This document shows, one piece after another, positions 1 to 9,368 of a stretch of 64,000 nucleotides of DNA. The stretch is from Candidatus Uhrbacteria bacterium (lineage in GTDB: Bacteria; Patescibacteriota; Patescibacteriia; UBA9934; GWF2-40-263), in the NCBI GenBank assembly GCA_037131775.1, contig JBAXQK010000003.1, positions 76,439 to 140,438 of the forward strand, read 5' to 3'. Numbering within the stretch: position 1 is the first letter of the stretch; every line of letters begins with the position of its first letter. Made by a program: the position numbers and the translations under genes. The notes under the pieces were generated by a model. The model searched no databases, was not told where the DNA came from, and worked only from the letters and a program-made list of their open reading frames with translations.

Positions 1-323
1 GGGTCGAGCGCGTCCTTCAGGTCGCGGTCGCCGCCCTGCGCGAAAATGTCCGGACGGATCTCGCGGAGCTCGCGGCACACGCTGCGGTCCTCGAAGCCCG
101 GCTCGTGCGACGTGAATACCACGCGCGTCACTCCCCGAATCGCCTCGATGATCTCGCGGCGCTGGTCCTGTGGCATGAACACGAACCCCTTCTTTTTCAT
201 CAGCCAGTTGTCGTTGTTGATGATCACCACAAGCTCGTCGCCGAGCGCGGCGGCTTCCAGGATCATGCGGACGTGGCCGACGTGGATCGGGTCGAACCCT
301 CCGGAGACGCAGACGGTTTTCAT
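1..323 (-). CDS. cytidylyltransferase-like nucleotidyltransferase (HxGH type); C-terminus runs off the window start
   Basis: Minus-strand translation MKTVCVSGGFDPIHVGHVRMILEAAALGDELVVIINNDNWL... with the GGFDPIHVGH HIGH-type motif of TagD / RfaE-domain-II / NMNAT-like enzymes. ATG at 321-323 overlaps the stop of the next gene (ATGA). Not in the ORF track because the 3' end leaves the window. Confidence 0.6.
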   Translation of the reverse strand, partial: MKTVCVSGGFDPIHVGHVRMILEAAALGDELVVIINNDNWLMKKKGFVFMPQDQRREIIEAIRGVTRVVFTSHEPGFEDRSVCRELREIRPDIFAQGGDRDLKDALD

Positions 324-871
324 AGGACGTAAAACTTGGAAAGAATCAGGATCGGGAGAATGAACGCGGCCCCGCCGACGAACCAGCCGATGAGCGCGCC
401 CGCGACGATGTCGGAGACGAAGTGGACGCCGACGGCGACGCGGGAGAGGACGACAAGCAGGCTGAGGGCGAGAAAGACGGGGAGCATCTCCGGGCGGATC
501 ATCGCGATGATCGCGCACATCGAGAAGGTCAGCGTCGCGTGGCCCGACGGGAACGAAGGGGTCACGATCGCCATGTCGATGAGCGCCTTTCGCCCCTCCC
601 GCTGGAACGGACGCAGGCGACTAAACAGGTACTCGATGAGCATCGTCAGTCCCCACGGGACCAGGATTCCTCCCGACAGCACGAAGGCCGCGGGAGTCCA
701 CGCGCGGAACCACTCCGGGCTTCCCGTATTCACCATCGCCACCACGAGCAGCATCCCTCCCATCAGCCAAATGATCTCGACCGCCCCGAGGACGGCAAGC
801 TTCGATAGGAACTTCGACCGCTTGGTGAAGTCCGCGATGGCATGGGAAATCTTATGATCGATGTTTTCCAT
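320..871 (-). CDS. PAP2-family membrane phosphatase (phosphatidic acid / undecaprenyl-PP phosphatase-like)
   Basis: ORF 320..883. PAP2 motifs PSGH and SRVAVGVHFVSDIVAG, multiple TM segments. The first ATG is at 869-871 (track start 883 is TTG). Confidence 0.7.
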   Translation of the reverse strand: MENIDHKISHAIADFTKRSKFLSKLAVLGAVEIIWLMGGMLLVVAMVNTGSPEWFRAWTPAAFVLSGGILVPWGLTMLIEYLFSRLRPFQREGRKALIDMAIVTPSFPSGHATLTFSMCAIIAMIRPEMLPVFLALSLLVVLSRVAVGVHFVSDIVAGALIGWFVGGAAFILPILILSKFYVL

Positions 872-1601
872 AGGCGACGGCAAGGCGTTGTTTTTCTAAA
901 TCGTGTTCTCGTCTCGCAATGTCCGCGACGATCGCGTCCGCGTCCTTCGGCGCAACGAGGTTCTTTTTTTTGAACGCGCAGTCCTTTTGAACCGGACACA
1001 TCCAGCAGCGAGGCTTTCCCGGAATGCAGACGTACCGGCCGATCTTGACAAACACCTGGTTTACGAGGCGCATGACCTTTGTCGGCACGATCCTCAGCAA
1101 AGCCACCTCGGTCTTCTGCGGCGTCTTTGTCTTCACCCATCCTAGCCGATTCGTCACCCGGTGAACATGGGTGTCGACGGCAATGGACGGCGTGCCGAAG
1201 CAGCTCGCGACGACGACGCTCGCGGTCTTGCGGCCGACGCCGGGAAGATCGACGAGCTCGTCCATCGTGGACGGGACGAGACCGCCGTGGACTTCGACGC
1301 AGCGCTTCGCCAAGCCCGACAGGTTCTTTGCCTTCTGGCGATACATCCCGATCGTATTGATCTTCGCGGCAATCTCCGCGACCGCCGCCTTCGACAATGC
1401 CCCCATCGTCGGGAACGCTTCGAACAATCCAGGAAGCAGCTTCAGTACCTGCTCGTCGCGCGTCCGCGCCGAAAGAACGACGCCGACGACCGTCCGGTAC
1501 GGGTCGCCAAGCTCCATCGCGCCCGGATTCGGGAAGCGTCGCTTGAGCGTTCTTAGGATGCGTTCGATATCAGTCACACTCTTCTCGTTTCCCCTCCTCA
1601 T
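852..1601 (-). CDS. nth: endonuclease III (HhH-GPD glycosylase, 4Fe-4S)
   Basis: 249 aa. HhH-GPD region LPGVGRKTASVV; Cys cluster CIPGKPRCWMCPVQKDC. The start ATG at 1599-1601 lies in the loop of repeat-element copy 1. Confidence 0.85.
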   Translation of the reverse strand: MRRGNEKSVTDIERILRTLKRRFPNPGAMELGDPYRTVVGVVLSARTRDEQVLKLLPGLFEAFPTMGALSKAAVAEIAAKINTIGMYRQKAKNLSGLAKRCVEVHGGLVPSTMDELVDLPGVGRKTASVVVASCFGTPSIAVDTHVHRVTNRLGWVKTKTPQKTEVALLRIVPTKVMRLVNQVFVKIGRYVCIPGKPRCWMCPVQKDCAFKKKNLVAPKDADAIVADIARREHDLEKQRLAVAYGKHRS

Positions 1602-1632
1602 AGGGAGGAGGGGTCAGGGGTGGTTGTCGCGC
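1589..1632 (-). repeat. palindromic repeat element P, copy 1
   Basis: ttCCCCTCCTCatagGAGGAGGGGtcaggggtggtTgtcgcgc. 9-bp stem 1591-1599 / 1605-1613. Lies between the gpmI stop and the nth start. Confidence 0.85.
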
Positions 1633-1645
1633 TGATGGAAGGATG

Positions 1646-3232
1646 TCAAACCAACGGCGCCCCCGTCATCTCCTCCGGCTGCGGGATTCCCAGTACCGCG
1701 AGGATCGTCGGGGCAACGTCCGCGAGCATTCCCACCGGGGACATCAGCGACAAATCGCCGTCCGGAACCTCGCCGGCGAGCGACGGAATTCCCTCGAACT
1801 GCTTGCCGACGATCACGAACGGAACCGGGTTCGTGGCATGCTCCTTGTCGATGTCGCCGGTGCGGAGGTTCTTGAGCTCCTCGGAGTTGCCATGGTCCGC
1901 GGTTATGAACACCGCCCCGCCCTTCCCAAGCGTCGCGTCCACGACCTTCCCAACGGCGGCGTCGAGCGCCTCGTGCGCCTTCACCGTCGCGTCGAAGCTT
2001 CCCGTGTGCGCGACCATGTCCGCGTTCGCGAAGTTCATGATGACCAGGTCGTATTTGTCCGACTGGATCTCCTTCACGACGCGGTCGGAAAGCTCCACGG
2101 CGCTCATCGCCGGGGCAAGGTCGTAGGAGGCGACGTGCGGCGACGGGATCAGGACGCGGTCCTCGCCCGGGAACGGCTTCTCGTACGTTCCGTTCATGAA
2201 GAAGGTGACGTGCGCGTACTTCTCGGTCTCGGCAATGTGCAGCTGCCTCAGCCCGGCGTCGGAAACCACCTGTGCGAGCGTCTTCTGGATCTTGACCGGA
2301 GGATACGCGACCTCGGCCGGAATTCCCTCCTCGTACTCGACCATCGTCACGAACAGCAGGTTCTTGACGGGCTGTCGCGGAAACCGAACGAAGTCTGGCA
2401 ACACGAACGCCTTGGTAAGCTCGCGGGCGCGGTCGGGACGGAAGTTGAAGAAGATCGCGGCATCGTTGTCCTGGATCGTCGCGACCGGCGCGCCCGATGC
2501 GTCGACGATCACCGTCGGCACGAACTGCTCGTCGTATACCTCCTTCGCATAGCTTGCCTTGATCGCCTCGATCGGGTCCGTCGCCTTCTCGCCCGTCCCC
2601 TTCACCATCGCGTTATATGCCATCTCCTCGCGGTCCCACCGGTTGTCGCGGTCCATCGCGTAGAACCGCCCGCTCATGGACGCGATCTTCCCGACGCCCG
2701 TCTCCTTCATTTTCGCGAGCAGCGTCGTCACGAAGTCGATCCCCGCGTTGTAGATCGTGTCGCGCCCGTCGAGGATCGCGTGCACGGCGACGTTCGCGAT
2801 TCCCTCGCGTTTGGCAAACTCCAAAAGCGCGTGACAGTGCTCGTCCATCGCATGCACCCTTCCGCCACTCACGAGGCCGATCAGGTGGAGCGTCGACCCG
2901 TTCTTCTTTACGTGCTCGGCCGCCTTCAGGAACGCCGCGTTCTTGAAAAAGTCGCCGGCGACGATGTCGCGGTTGATGCGCGGGAACGTCTGGTAATACA
3001 CCCGTCCGGCCCCGATCGCGAGGTGCCCGACCTCCGAGTTCCCCATCTCGCCCCAGCTCAACCCCACCTCCTCGCCCGAGGCGCGGATGGTCATGGTCGG
3101 ATACGTCCGAATCAGCTGCTTCCACCGCGGCATGTTCGCGCGGGTGATGGCGTTGCCGTCGGAATCGGGCGCGACGCCGAAACCGTCGAGAATCATGAGA
3201 ACGGCGGGCCTTGGGCGGTTGGGGATATCCAT
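1646..3232 (-). CDS. gpmI: 2,3-bisphosphoglycerate-independent phosphoglycerate mutase
   Basis: ORF 1646..3394; conserved N-terminus starts at MDIPNRPRPAVLMILDGFGVAPDSDGNAI (ATG 3230-3232). C-terminus ...EEMTGAPLV then TGA stop. Confidence 0.9.
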   Translation of the reverse strand: MDIPNRPRPAVLMILDGFGVAPDSDGNAITRANMPRWKQLIRTYPTMTIRASGEEVGLSWGEMGNSEVGHLAIGAGRVYYQTFPRINRDIVAGDFFKNAAFLKAAEHVKKNGSTLHLIGLVSGGRVHAMDEHCHALLEFAKREGIANVAVHAILDGRDTIYNAGIDFVTTLLAKMKETGVGKIASMSGRFYAMDRDNRWDREEMAYNAMVKGTGEKATDPIEAIKASYAKEVYDEQFVPTVIVDASGAPVATIQDNDAAIFFNFRPDRARELTKAFVLPDFVRFPRQPVKNLLFVTMVEYEEGIPAEVAYPPVKIQKTLAQVVSDAGLRQLHIAETEKYAHVTFFMNGTYEKPFPGEDRVLIPSPHVASYDLAPAMSAVELSDRVVKEIQSDKYDLVIMNFANADMVAHTGSFDATVKAHEALDAAVGKVVDATLGKGGAVFITADHGNSEELKNLRTGDIDKEHATNPVPFVIVGKQFEGIPSLAGEVPDGDLSLMSPVGMLADVAPTILAVLGIPQPEEMTGAPLV

Positions 3233-3287
3233 AGCGTGGCCATTGTATGCGATCCGGGCAAAAGAAAAAAGGCGGGAGTGACCGCCT

Positions 3288-3698
3288 TCAGGGAGGGAGT
3301 TCGGCGAGTGCCCTGAGCGCGCGCTCGTCGTGGGGGCTCTTGGAAAGAACCTGTTTGAACGAGGAACGCGCCCCGTCCGCGTTTCCGAGCGCAAGCTGGC
3401 ACAGACCGACGTTGTACAGGGCCGGCAAGCTCTCGTCCCACTCGAACATCCGCTGGAACACCGCGATCGCCCCGTCGTAATCTCCGCGGAACTGACGCAC
3501 CTTGCCGAGACACATCTGCGCGTCCGCGTTGTGGCGGAGTGTCATGTCCTTCTCATTCAGACACTCGACGACGGAGGAAACCAGGTTGGAATCCACCTTC
3601 AGGAGCGGCTTTGCCCGGCGCCAGCGAGGCTCCGCGACCAGCTGCTCCCAGCAAAGAAACTCCGTCTTGTACCGTTCGGGATGCAAGCGCTTCTCCAT
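3288..3698 (-). CDS. TPR-repeat protein (short)
   Basis: The C-terminal part of ORF 3288..4115 is TPR-like (LGKVRQFRGDYDGAIAVFQRMFEWDESLPALYNVGLCQLALGNADGARSSFKQVL). Plausible start MEKRLHPERY at ATG 3696-3698; the upstream extension is Arg-rich junk. Confidence 0.5.
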   Translation of the reverse strand: MEKRLHPERYKTEFLCWEQLVAEPRWRRAKPLLKVDSNLVSSVVECLNEKDMTLRHNADAQMCLGKVRQFRGDYDGAIAVFQRMFEWDESLPALYNVGLCQLALGNADGARSSFKQVLSKSPHDERALRALAELPP

Positions 3699-3770
3699 CA
3701 GGTATCCAACGACGCCGGGAAGGTCCGGGCGAACCGCATCAGAAGTTTTCAACGCGCGTCTCCTTCTGCC

Positions 3771-3808
3771 AATGGAAAAACAAAAGCGGCAGGGCGCAAT
3801 CCTACCGC
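3771..3808 (-). terminator. rho-independent terminator after P-loop ATPase gene
   Basis: Minus RNA GCGGUAGG auugcgc CCUGCCGC (8 bp, one G.U), then UUUUGUUUUUCC. Confidence 0.7.
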
Positions 3809-3822
3809 GTTTTATTTTGATG

Positions 3823-4824
3823 TCAAGAGTTTTTAACGCGAGTTCGCACGAAGCGTTCGAACAGTTCCCCGTTCGCGCGATACGACCCGTCGCCGTCGCG
3901 CCGAAGATACCCGATGTCGAGCAGCGGCTGGACGCGAACCGGGTCCGCGTCGCCCGCCGCGACCCCGCCGTTTTCCGCGATCGAGCGGAACAGCGCGCGG
4001 TCTTCGTCGTCGAACGCGAAGTCATAGACCTTGCGGTAATGAGACAGCCCCTCGTCGGCCAGTTGCCGCATGGCGGTCTCGTTCCCGGAAAGCCGGTCGA
4101 CGTCGGCCGCGTCAAACGTCGCGTCGTCGCGCCAGAACGGCTTGGACGGGTCGAGAAGCGCCGAGCAAAGGAGCTGGACCTCGAGCGGGCGGCCTCCGGA
4201 AAGGCTGGCGAGGCGGTCGATGGCGGCGTCCGTGAACGCGACCGGGGTGCCGGCGAACGGGCGAAGGGCGACGAGACGAACCTCGTCCTTGGTGAGCCCG
4301 CGAACGAAGTGAGAGTCGTACCCGTCGAACGCGCGTCGCATCGTCTGGTCCGTGTCGCGCGTCCAGTGCGCGACCACCGCGAGGCGGACGCCGGGAACGC
4401 GAAGGCCGTCGATTACGACGAGGAGGTCGGGACGATCCGCCAGGGCGATCGCCTCGTCGATGACGATCGTGCGCTCGTTGCCGGACTGCCCATCGACGGT
4501 TTCCGCAAGCGATGTCCGAAAACTCTCCGCGGACAGTTCCGTCCCGTACGGGCCGACGTCCTCGTGGACGAACGGGCCCGGAAAATTTCGCCTCAACGCG
4601 TGCCCGAGGCTCGTCTTGCCCGCGCGCCAGACGCCTCGGATCACCACCGGCCGCCCCGCGCGCAGCGAGTCTGCAACCGCGCGCTCCTGGTCGAGCCGCA
4701 CGACGCTTTCGCGGACGAGCAGTCCGCGCTCATACCGACCCACGCGCTCCGAAAAAAACGACCGGCGTTCCTCAATGGAACGTCCGATCGCTTCCCGGGA
4801 TCCCTCGGCGAGCCCTTCGCGCAT
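3823..4824 (-). CDS. P-loop NTPase (AAA/ORC-like ATPase), function unknown
   Basis: Walker A GVWRAGKTSLGHAL; Walker B TIVIDEAIAL; 333-341 aa. Start MREGLAE (4824) or track start 4848, which overlaps the eno stop. Confidence 0.65.
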   Translation of the reverse strand: MREGLAEGSREAIGRSIEERRSFFSERVGRYERGLLVRESVVRLDQERAVADSLRAGRPVVIRGVWRAGKTSLGHALRRNFPGPFVHEDVGPYGTELSAESFRTSLAETVDGQSGNERTIVIDEAIALADRPDLLVVIDGLRVPGVRLAVVAHWTRDTDQTMRRAFDGYDSHFVRGLTKDEVRLVALRPFAGTPVAFTDAAIDRLASLSGGRPLEVQLLCSALLDPSKPFWRDDATFDAADVDRLSGNETAMRQLADEGLSHYRKVYDFAFDDEDRALFRSIAENGGVAAGDADPVRVQPLLDIGYLRRDGDGSYRANGELFERFVRTRVKNS

Positions 4825-4828
4825 ACCG

Positions 4829-6082
4829 TTACGAGACTTCCTCCTCAATCTCCATCAGCCGGTTGTACTTTGCCAGGCGCTCCGATCGCGACAGCGATCC
4901 CGCCTTGATGTACTCGGCGTTCACGGCGACGGCGAGGTCGGCGATGGTGGTGTCGGTCGTTTCTCCCGAGCGATGGGATACGGACACGGCGTATCCGCTC
5001 TGCTGGGCGAGCAGGATCGCGTCCATCGTCTCCGAGAGCGAGCCGATCTGGTTCACCTTGATGAGGATTGCGTTCGCGCACCCTTCCTCGATTCCCTGCC
5101 GCAGGCGCTCGGCGTTCGTCACGAAGAAGTCGTCGCCGACGAGCGCCATCTTGTCTCCGAGACGGTCGGTGAGCTTCTTCCATCCCTCCCAGTCGTCCTC
5201 GGCAAGGCCGTCCTCGAGCGAGACGATCGGATACTTCTTGGAAAGCCTGTCCCACATCGCGATCATCTGGTCGGACGTGAACGACGTGCCGTCGACCTTC
5301 AGGACGTAGCGCTTCGTCTTGGCGTCATAAAACTCGGACGTCGCCGGGTCCATCGCCAGCGTCACGTCCTTGCCCGGCACGTATCCCGCGTCCTTGATCG
5401 CCTGGACGATCGTTTTGAGCGCCTCCTCGTTCTTGGCCAGCTTGACCGCGAATCCGCCCTCGTCGCCGACGAGCGTCGAGAATCCCCTCTTCTTCAGGAG
5501 ACGGCCGAGCGCGTGGAACACCTCGGAGCCACAGCGGACGCGCTCTCGGAATTTCTTCTGCTGCGGAACGATCATGAACTCCTGGAAATCGAGAATCCAG
5601 CCCGCGTGCGCGCCGCCGTTCAGGATGTTCATCGTCGGGATCGGGAGACGGTAGGTCTTGTACTTCAGGTCGAATGCGCGGCGAAGGTACGCATACAGCG
5701 GCAGGCCGCTGGCATTGGCCGCGGCTCGGGCGCAGGCGAGCGAGACGCCGAGGATGGCGTTCGCGCCGAGTTTCGACTTGTTCGCCGTGCCGTCGAGAAA
5801 GATCATCCGCGAATCGAGCTCGCGCTGGGCAGACACGTCCATGCCGATGAGGACGGGCGCGATCTTCGCGTGCACGTTCTTCGCGGCCTTGAGCACGCCC
5901 TTCCCGCCGTATCGCTTCGCGTCGCCGTCGCGCAGCTCGAGTGCCTCGTGCGACCCCGTCGACGCGCCGCTCGGAACGGACGCGGATCCGGAAACGCCGT
6001 TGTCGAGAAGAACGGTCACCTCGAGCGTCGGGTTGCCGCGGGAATCAAGAATCTCGTGCGCGTGGATGGATTCGATTTTCAT
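4829..6082 (-). CDS. eno: enolase
   Basis: [54 protein letters not shown]... The long upstream extension in track ORF 4829..6505 is Arg/Ser-rich and rejected. ATG at 6080-6082. Confidence 0.93.
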   Translation of the reverse strand: MKIESIHAHEILDSRGNPTLEVTVLLDNGVSGSASVPSGASTGSHEALELRDGDAKRYGGKGVLKAAKNVHAKIAPVLIGMDVSAQRELDSRMIFLDGTANKSKLGANAILGVSLACARAAANASGLPLYAYLRRAFDLKYKTYRLPIPTMNILNGGAHAGWILDFQEFMIVPQQKKFRERVRCGSEVFHALGRLLKKRGFSTLVGDEGGFAVKLAKNEEALKTIVQAIKDAGYVPGKDVTLAMDPATSEFYDAKTKRYVLKVDGTSFTSDQMIAMWDRLSKKYPIVSLEDGLAEDDWEGWKKLTDRLGDKMALVGDDFFVTNAERLRQGIEEGCANAILIKVNQIGSLSETMDAILLAQQSGYAVSVSHRSGETTDTTIADLAVAVNAEYIKAGSLSRSERLAKYNRLMEIEEEVS

Positions 6083-6092
6083 AGTCGTGAGT

Positions 6093-7274
6093 TTACGATT
6101 CGAGCGCTTCGACTCCCGGCATCTTCTCCCCGGCGAGAAACTCCAGCATCGCTCCCCCGCCGGTCGAAAGGAGCGTGAACTGGTCCGCGACTCCGGCGGC
6201 TTCGACGGCGGGAATCGTGTCGCCTCCGCCGACGATCGTGACCGCCTTCTTGTTCGCGGCGATGGCGCGGGCGACGGCGGTCGTCCCCTTCGAAAACGCG
6301 TCCACCTCGCAGTAGCCGAGCGGGCCGTTCCACACGACCATCTTGGTTCCCTTGATTTCCTCGCAAAATCGTCGAATCGTGTCGGGCCCAAGGTCGACGA
6401 TCCGGTCGGTCTTGCGAACCGCGCCAATCGCGACCGTCCGGCAGGTCGCGTCCTTGCGAAGGCTCTGCGCGACCAGCATATCCGTCGGCAACCAGATCTT
6501 CTCACGGAATTTCTTCATCAGCTGCTCCGCGTCCTTCATGCCGTCCTTGTCCACCGCGGACTTGCCGATCTCGATCCCGTCCGCCACGAAGAACGCGTGG
6601 GCAAGCGCCCCGCCGACGAGCACACGGTCGGCCTCGGGGAGCAGGCGGCGCATCACCGGAATCTTGTCCGCCATCTTCAGCCCGCCCATGACCACCACGA
6701 ACGGGTGCCTCGGATGTGCCAAAACCTTCGCGAGCACCTCCACCTCGGACACAAGCTGCGGCCCCGCGTAGCCTGGAAGCTCGGAAGTGATGGCATCGAC
6801 GGAGGCGTGCGCGCGATGCGACACCGCGAACGCGTCGTTCATGTACAGGTCGCCGAGCTGGGCAAGCGCATGCGCGAGCGTCGTGGAGTTGCGCTCCTCG
6901 CCCGCGTCGAAGCGCACGTTCTCGAGCAGGACGACGTCTCCGTCCCTCATCGAGCGCACGAGCTTCTGCGCGAACGGACCGGCGATGTCGCGCGCGACCG
7001 GGACGTTGATCGACAGAAGCTCGGACAACCGTCGCGCGACCGGACGAACCGTATACGCGCTGATCTTCCGCCCGTTCGGCCGGCCAAGGTGCGTCATGAC
7101 CACGACCTTCGCCCCGCGCTGCCGCAGCCACTCGATATCCACAGCCGCCCTGGCAACCTTCCCATGCGGCCCGTCGACGACTTTCCCCTTTGCGACCGGC
7201 ACGTTGGCGTCAATTCTAAGCAACACCCGCTTCCCGGATAGATCCACACCACTGCGCAAAGTCCTCAAACGCAT
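6093..7274 (-). CDS. pgk: phosphoglycerate kinase
   Basis: 393 aa; [27 protein letters not shown]... Leaderless-type promoter immediately upstream. Confidence 0.93.
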   Translation of the reverse strand: MRLRTLRSGVDLSGKRVLLRIDANVPVAKGKVVDGPHGKVARAAVDIEWLRQRGAKVVVMTHLGRPNGRKISAYTVRPVARRLSELLSINVPVARDIAGPFAQKLVRSMRDGDVVLLENVRFDAGEERNSTTLAHALAQLGDLYMNDAFAVSHRAHASVDAITSELPGYAGPQLVSEVEVLAKVLAHPRHPFVVVMGGLKMADKIPVMRRLLPEADRVLVGGALAHAFFVADGIEIGKSAVDKDGMKDAEQLMKKFREKIWLPTDMLVAQSLRKDATCRTVAIGAVRKTDRIVDLGPDTIRRFCEEIKGTKMVVWNGPLGYCEVDAFSKGTTAVARAIAANKKAVTIVGGGDTIPAVEAAGVADQFTLLSTGGGAMLEFLAGEKMPGVEALES

Positions 7275-7283
7275 ATCGGGGGG

Positions 7284-7292
7284 ATTGTATCA
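7284..7292 (-). promoter_or_regulatory. extended -10 (TGaTACAAT) leaderless-type promoter of pgk
   Basis: Minus strand TGATACAAT, then 9 nt (CCCCCCGAT) to the ATG. Confidence 0.5.
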
Positions 7293-7293
7293 C

Positions 7294-7325
7294 AAAAAAA
7301 AGACGCGAACCACGGTGGGTTCGCG
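7294..7325 (-). terminator. rho-independent terminator after the 289-aa hypothetical gene, upstream of pgk
   Basis: Minus RNA CGCGAACC caccgu GGUUCGCG, then UCUUUUUUUUG. Confidence 0.8.
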
Positions 7326-7337
7326 AGGGGCTAGCGG

Positions 7338-8207
7338 TTAGAATACTGGACGGCGTGGCCGGAAGACCGTCCCGTAGCATTCGATGACCGATGCGTTGGG
7401 GTGGTGTTCGACGTCCGTCTCGACGCACCGCGCCCAGAGCCTCCAGCCGGCGGAGGTCGCTGGAGTCGCCCAATGGACGGTGCGGCCATCGTAACGCCGG
7501 ATGGTGCCGGCTTCGTGTGCGATCTCGGGGACTCCCGAGGCGCGAACGGCGGCGTCGAACGCCCGGAAGTTCGGAATCAGTTCCGGCATCCGCAGCCGAA
7601 GCGGCCCGTCCAGGAACCCCGTCGCGCAGTGGCCTGACGACTGGTACGCCTGGAGAATCGGCGAGTACCGCTGCCGCTCTTGCCGGGCACGTATGTCGTG
7701 CAGAACCTTCACGCCGAAGGGCAGCACCCGGGTATCTCTCACGGCGATGCTTTCATCGACGTGCCGAAGGCAGCTGTCGACAGGCAGGTCACCGGGCAGG
7801 AAGTACTGGATCTTCGAGTCGAAGTAGGCGTAGCGCCTCGTGCCGGTAAGGCCGTTGCGCATGCCCATGAGCACGCTGAGCGTCAGCGGCCCGGCGAGCT
7901 CAATGGCTTCCTCGAATGGACACCAGCAGAACGTCACGCCGTCGTCACGAACCTGTTCCTGCGAAGGAGCGGGGAGCCGTTCCACAAGCTCGAGACGGTT
8001 CGGGAAGTTGGCTTCGAACGACTCGATCTCCGTGACGCCGCGCGCCAGGTATCGTTCGAGCGTCGTGGCCCGCTTCTCCTCTGCGACGTCCGTCTCCGGC
8101 GGGCCCGGAGGCTTCTGCTCGGTAGAGCCATGGTAGGCCCCTTCGTTGGTGAAGGGTTCCACCGATTGGGTTTCGGCGTTACGAACCTTGCTAAGCGAGG
8201 TGCTCAC
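7338..8207 (-). CDS. hypothetical protein (289 aa)
   Basis: GC3-rich ORF with no recognisable motif. 4-nt overlap with the upstream gene 8204..9313. Strong terminator downstream. Confidence 0.55.
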   Translation of the reverse strand: MSTSLSKVRNAETQSVEPFTNEGAYHGSTEQKPPGPPETDVAEEKRATTLERYLARGVTEIESFEANFPNRLELVERLPAPSQEQVRDDGVTFCWCPFEEAIELAGPLTLSVLMGMRNGLTGTRRYAYFDSKIQYFLPGDLPVDSCLRHVDESIAVRDTRVLPFGVKVLHDIRARQERQRYSPILQAYQSSGHCATGFLDGPLRLRMPELIPNFRAFDAAVRASGVPEIAHEAGTIRRYDGRTVHWATPATSAGWRLWARCVETDVEHHPNASVIECYGTVFRPRRPVF

Positions 8208-9313
8208 GACCGTTCTCCTCCCACGTTCGGCACGAAGTCGAACATGGCTTGGTAGTACTGCAGTTTTGCCCTTGGATCTTGCGCGAGTCGCACGACCTCG
8301 GGGACACGTTCGTACAGGTGCTCGTCGGAGGGGTAACGGTGACGCTCCTGATCGGCGCCGTAGCAGTCGGGCATTCCGTACAGGCGATTGTACGTCAGGT
8401 TGTCGATGACCTGCCCTCCCATGACCGTGGGCGGGAGCGGAGCCCAGTCATGCTCGATGAAGAAGCTTTCCGCGCCCCAGCGGCGGTAGAAGCCGAGCTT
8501 CGCCATACGCGCCATCCAGGGAGGATCGCCGATCTGCCAGAACCCAACGCCGCACAGCAGGTGCTGCGAGTGGATGATCGGAAGTCGGCTACCGTCCAGG
8601 ACGTCGCGGCTGTAATGGCGGGCGATGTTTTCAAGGAACGCCCGCGCGATGTGCGCGCCACGATGGTCCGGGCCCACGACGAAGTTTGCGATTTGGTGGT
8701 ACCGGTTCGGCTTGAAGCTCTGGGGCGGCGGAAACGCGAAGCGGTCAAACCACTTGTGCGCGGGATCATCCTGATCCGGCCGGTCCCAGTCCACGTCTTC
8801 GACGATCGTCGACCAACGCAGGTTGTTGTACAGCCCGGTGAAGAAGAAGATCGTGTCCTTGCTTCTTCCCACGAGGATGGTCGCGATGATTTCGTGCGTG
8901 CGCTCATCGTGCCGGCGAGACAGGACGAAGCGGTGTCCGGCGACGCCCCAAAGCGTCGACACTCCCTCGGGGGAGATGATGTCCCGCTGCACGCGACGAA
9001 CCACGACGGTGGGCAGATGCCCACCGAGCTCACAGCGCGCCTGTTCGAGCGATCGCGTCAGCAGCGACGAGATCGCGCGCGCGATCATGGGATTCTCAGT
9101 CGACACGATGCCGAGCTCCATGCCGTCCGGAAGTGTCACGAAGTTCTGCGCGCCGGGGCTTCGGGTCTCCTCGTAGGTCAGGTACGCCGCATGCAGGCAA
9201 ACCGTTTCCACGAACCGATGAATCGGATCGAATACGTCTTCCGAGTGTGACATCTGACGGTCTCCCTTGGTTTCCCATTCCCCCCGAAACAAAATCGGGG
9301 AGGCCGTGAACAT
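8204..9313 (-). CDS. hypothetical protein, possible GNAT-like acyltransferase fold
   Basis: 369 aa, GC3-rich. The segment NFVVGPDHRGAHIARAFLENIARHY resembles GNAT motif A (R-G-x-G/A-I-A). Weak. Confidence 0.5.
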   Translation of the reverse strand: MFTASPILFRGEWETKGDRQMSHSEDVFDPIHRFVETVCLHAAYLTYEETRSPGAQNFVTLPDGMELGIVSTENPMIARAISSLLTRSLEQARCELGGHLPTVVVRRVQRDIISPEGVSTLWGVAGHRFVLSRRHDERTHEIIATILVGRSKDTIFFFTGLYNNLRWSTIVEDVDWDRPDQDDPAHKWFDRFAFPPPQSFKPNRYHQIANFVVGPDHRGAHIARAFLENIARHYSRDVLDGSRLPIIHSQHLLCGVGFWQIGDPPWMARMAKLGFYRRWGAESFFIEHDWAPLPPTVMGGQVIDNLTYNRLYGMPDCYGADQERHRYPSDEHLYERVPEVVRLAQDPRAKLQYYQAMFDFVPNVGGERS

Positions 9314-9368
9314 AGCACGGACTCCTCGAATCGTCCAGATCGCGACGGGACTAAAGTCCCTGGGAAAT

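Noticed and set aside
1643-3316. Long plus-strand ORF (557 aa) antisense to gpmI, and similar long antisense ORFs 3502..4908, 4352..6178, 5658..7241, 16166..17284, 18418..19485, 25512..26411, 25676..27394, 55409..56158, 56392..58995, 61502..63757
   Set aside because: Arg/Ala/Pro/Gly-rich low-complexity translations typical of the wrong frame in high-GC DNA. Each overlaps a confidently identified conserved gene on the other strand.
3233-3394. 54-aa N-terminal extension of gpmI, and similar extensions of eno (6083..6505), prfA (16022..16108), folA-like (37204..37639), thrS (51064..51126), kinase-like gene (54285..54476)
   Set aside because: Extensions are low-complexity and precede Met residues that align with conserved N-termini. 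Many track starts are TTG/GTG.
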